Below, in pieces: positions 28,368 to 32,000 of a DNA stretch of 32,000 bases. Below the pieces are notes generated by a model. It was not told where the DNA came from. It ran no database searches and saw nothing but the letters and a program-made list of their open reading frames with translations. The stretch lies in NCBI RefSeq assembly GCF_002310555.1, contig NZ_CP023359.1; one strand, written 5' to 3'. The translations under genes were made by a program, and so were the position numbers. This stretch comes from Escherichia coli. GTDB taxonomy: Bacteria > Pseudomonadota > Gammaproteobacteria > Enterobacterales > Enterobacteriaceae. Positions within the stretch are counted from its first letter, which is position 1, and every line of letters starts with the position of its first letter.

Positions 28368-29077
28368 AGATTTTTTTGGAGAATCTTTATCATTCTGATT
28401 GCTATTTCCTGCCGATAAGAGATAACCAGCAACTCCTTGTCGGCGTTGAGTTAATTACCCATTTCTCCAGTGAAGATGGCACGGTGCGTATCCCGACGAG
28501 TCGGGTTATAGCGCAACTTACCGAGGAGCAACATTGGCAATTATTTTCAGAGCAGTTGGAATTACTAAAATCATGCCAACATTTTTTTATTCAACATAAA
28601 CTCTTTGCCTGGCTTAATTTAACGCCACAAGTGGCTACATTATTATTAGAGAGGGATAATTACGCAGGCGAACTATTAAAATATCCGTTTATTGAACTGT
28701 TGATTAATGAGAATTACCCGCATCTCAATGAAGGAAAAGATAATCGCGGTCTTTTATCCTTATCGCAAGTGTATCCCCTTGTGTTAGGTAATTTGGGAGC
28801 AGGCAATAGCACAATGAAAGCGGTTTTTGATGGTCTTTTCACCCGCGTCATGCTGGATAAAAGTTTTATTCAGCAACAAATCACGCACCGCTCCTTCGAA
28901 CCGTTTATTCGTGCGATCCAGGCGCAAATTTCCCCTTGTTGCAATTGCATCATCGCGGGAGGCATTGATACGGCAGAAATATTGGCACAGATTACCCCCT
29001 TCGATTTCCATGCTCTCCAGGGATGCCTGTGGCCTGCCGTTCCCATAAATCAGATAACGACGTTGGTTCAGCGATAA
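28364..29077 (+). CDS. ydiV: Degenerate EAL-domain anti-FlhDC factor YdiV
   Basis: 237 aa MKIFLENLYHSDCYFLPIRDNQQLLVGVELITHF. Confidence 0.95.
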   Translation: MKIFLENLYHSDCYFLPIRDNQQLLVGVELITHFSSEDGTVRIPTSRVIAQLTEEQHWQLFSEQLELLKSCQHFFIQHKLFAWLNLTPQVATLLLERDNYAGELLKYPFIELLINENYPHLNEGKDNRGLLSLSQVYPLVLGNLGAGNSTMKAVFDGLFTRVMLDKSFIQQQITHRSFEPFIRAIQAQISPCCNCIIAGGIDTAEILAQITPFDFHALQGCLWPAVPINQITTLVQR

Positions 29078-29100
29078 CCCTTCTGTTTGCTGGTGTTTAA

Positions 29101-30576
<1,476 letters not shown>

Positions 30577-30579
30577 AGG

Positions 30580-30771
30580 CTACTTGGTCAACAGCAGCTT
30601 GCCAGCCTGAGTTTTACGGAGCAGATATTCTTGCCCGTCATGATCGATAATCAGTTTGCCATCCGGACCTAACAGTGTCTGGCTGGAAATTCGCCGAATA
30701 GGCTGCGGGGAAGCGGTCTTGTGATTGGCATCCGTTTCAGGCGTGAGTTTTCTGCTATCCGTATAACGCAT
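30580..30771 (-). CDS. ydiE: Hemin uptake protein HemP family (YdiE), 63 aa
   Basis: Internal Met gives [63 protein letters not shown]. Confidence 0.9.
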
Positions 30772-30793
30772 AAAAATTAATAATAATTGATAT

Positions 30794-30812
30794 AACAATG
30801 ATTCTTATTATC
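30794..30812 (-). promoter_or_regulatory. Probable Fur box upstream of ydiE
   Basis: Minus strand GATAATAAGAATCATTGTT resembles GATAATGATAATCATTATC. Confidence 0.7.
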
Positions 30813-30872
30813 AATATTATGGCTGACCAGAGCAAGCAGTAATGTGCTGAGAAGACAACAAGTTGCGCAGAA

Positions 30873-30898
30873 ATGCCCATCCCATCAGGAATGGGCAC
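30873..30898 (-). terminator. Hairpin immediately downstream of the aroH stop
   Basis: Plus-strand TGCCCATCCCATCAGGAATGGGCA imperfect stem. Confidence 0.55.
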
Positions 30899-30902
30899 GC
30901 AT

Positions 30903-31949
30903 TCAGAAGCGGGTATCTACCGCAGAGGCAAGTTTTTCGACCAGGCGTTCGGTATCTTCCCAGCCCAGACACGGGTCGGTAATGGATTGACCGTAAGTGA
31001 GCGGCTGACTGCCGACGATTTTTTGCGTTCCTTCGCGCAGGAAACTTTCCGCCATAATTCCAGCAATCGCCGTAGAGCCATTGCGGATTTGCTGACAAAT
31101 ATCCTCACAAACTTCTAACTGGCGACGGTGCTGCTTCTGGCAGTTACCGTGGCTGAAATCCACCACCAGATGTTCAGGTAAATCAAACTCGTGCAGCGTA
31201 TCGCAGGCTGCGGCGATATCATCGGCATGATAATTCGGTTTTTTGCCGCCACGCATAATAATGTGGCCATACGGGTTGCCGCTGGTCTGATAGATGGTCA
31301 TCTGACCATTTTTGTCTGGCGAGAGGAACATATGGCTGGCGCGGGCTGCGCGGATAGCATCCACAGCAATCCGCGTATTGCCATCGGTACCATTTTTAAA
31401 ACCTACCGGACAGGAGAGTGCCGAAGCCATTTCACGGTGGATCTGACTTTCGGTAGTACGTGCGCCAATCGCGCCCCAACTGATTAAATCAGCAATAAAC
31501 TGACCGGTCACCATATCGAGGAACTCAGTCGCGGTAGGGACACCCAGCTCATTTACCTGTAAAAGTAATTTGCGCGCCAGCTCCAGACCGTGATTTACCC
31601 GATAGCTGCCGTTTAAATCTGGATCGGAGATTAGCCCTTTCCAGCCGACAACAGTTCGTGGTTTTTCAAAATAGGTGCGCATTACGATTTCCAGCCGTGA
31701 CTGGTACTGGTTGCGCAGCGACTGCAGACGGGTGGCGTACTCCATCGCAGCGGTGAGATCGTGGATCGAGCAGGGGCCAATAATGACCAACAGTCGCTTA
31801 TCTTCACCATTCAGTATTTTTTCAATTCTGCGGCGGGAGTCGGTGACATGGGCGGCGACGCCAGGCGTTACGGGATACCGTAGCGCGAGTTCGGCGGGCG
31901 TTACCAGGCTCTCAATACGCGCAGTACGGAGTTCGTCAGTTCTGTTCAT
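30903..31949 (-). CDS. aroH: DAHP synthase, Trp-sensitive isozyme
   Basis: 348 aa MNRTDELRTARIESLVTPAELALRYPVTPGVAAHV, DAHP synthase motifs 'VIIGPCSIHD'. Confidence 0.97.
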   Translation of the reverse strand: MNRTDELRTARIESLVTPAELALRYPVTPGVAAHVTDSRRRIEKILNGEDKRLLVIIGPCSIHDLTAAMEYATRLQSLRNQYQSRLEIVMRTYFEKPRTVVGWKGLISDPDLNGSYRVNHGLELARKLLLQVNELGVPTATEFLDMVTGQFIADLISWGAIGARTTESQIHREMASALSCPVGFKNGTDGNTRIAVDAIRAARASHMFLSPDKNGQMTIYQTSGNPYGHIIMRGGKKPNYHADDIAAACDTLHEFDLPEHLVVDFSHGNCQKQHRRQLEVCEDICQQIRNGSTAIAGIMAESFLREGTQKIVGSQPLTYGQSITDPCLGWEDTERLVEKLASAVDTRF

Positions 31950-32000
31950 TACAAGTCTCAGAAATTTGTTGCTTCTACGGCAGGACTACCGGGAAGTGAT

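Overview
The window matches a conserved Escherichia coli chromosomal segment in content and order: chbR(3' end)-chbF-chbG / katE / cedA / ydjO-like ORFs / tcyP / ydjM / yniC / yniB / yniA / ydiZ / pfkB / ydiY / yniD / arpB / thrS-infC-rpmI-rplT-pheM-pheS-pheT-ihfA / btuC-btuE-btuD-nlpC / ydiV / selO(ydiU) / hemP(ydiE) / aroH. Names come from recognising the proteins and the gene order; no database search was run. The standout is a 1,279-bp IS110-family element (IS621-type) at about 2854-4132, inserted in a REP hairpin between chbG and katE. Its recombinase has a DEDD motif plus a C-terminal serine region. A 177-nt segment (2868-3044) lies between the left end and the recombinase start codon and folds by inspection into a 5' hairpin and two internal-loop domains. 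Loop 1 carries ATCGGGCCT and GTAG, matching the flanking REP target (ATCAGGC-CT-AC). Loop 2 carries ACAGTATC and GCAAG, matching the element's own joined ends (ACAGTAT-CT-TGTAT). This is the architecture of a bispecific guide ('bridge') RNA that specifies both target and donor DNA. A -35 box in the right end and a -10 box in the left end form a promoter with a 17-bp spacer only when the ends are joined in a circle. To my knowledge this mechanism was described for IS110/IS621 in 2024, so the system class is no longer undescribed, but it is the most significant signal here. Secondary observations are an apparently intact arpB, an AT-rich ORF pair at the ydjO locus, a small ORF overlapping the ydiV start, and several leader hairpins.
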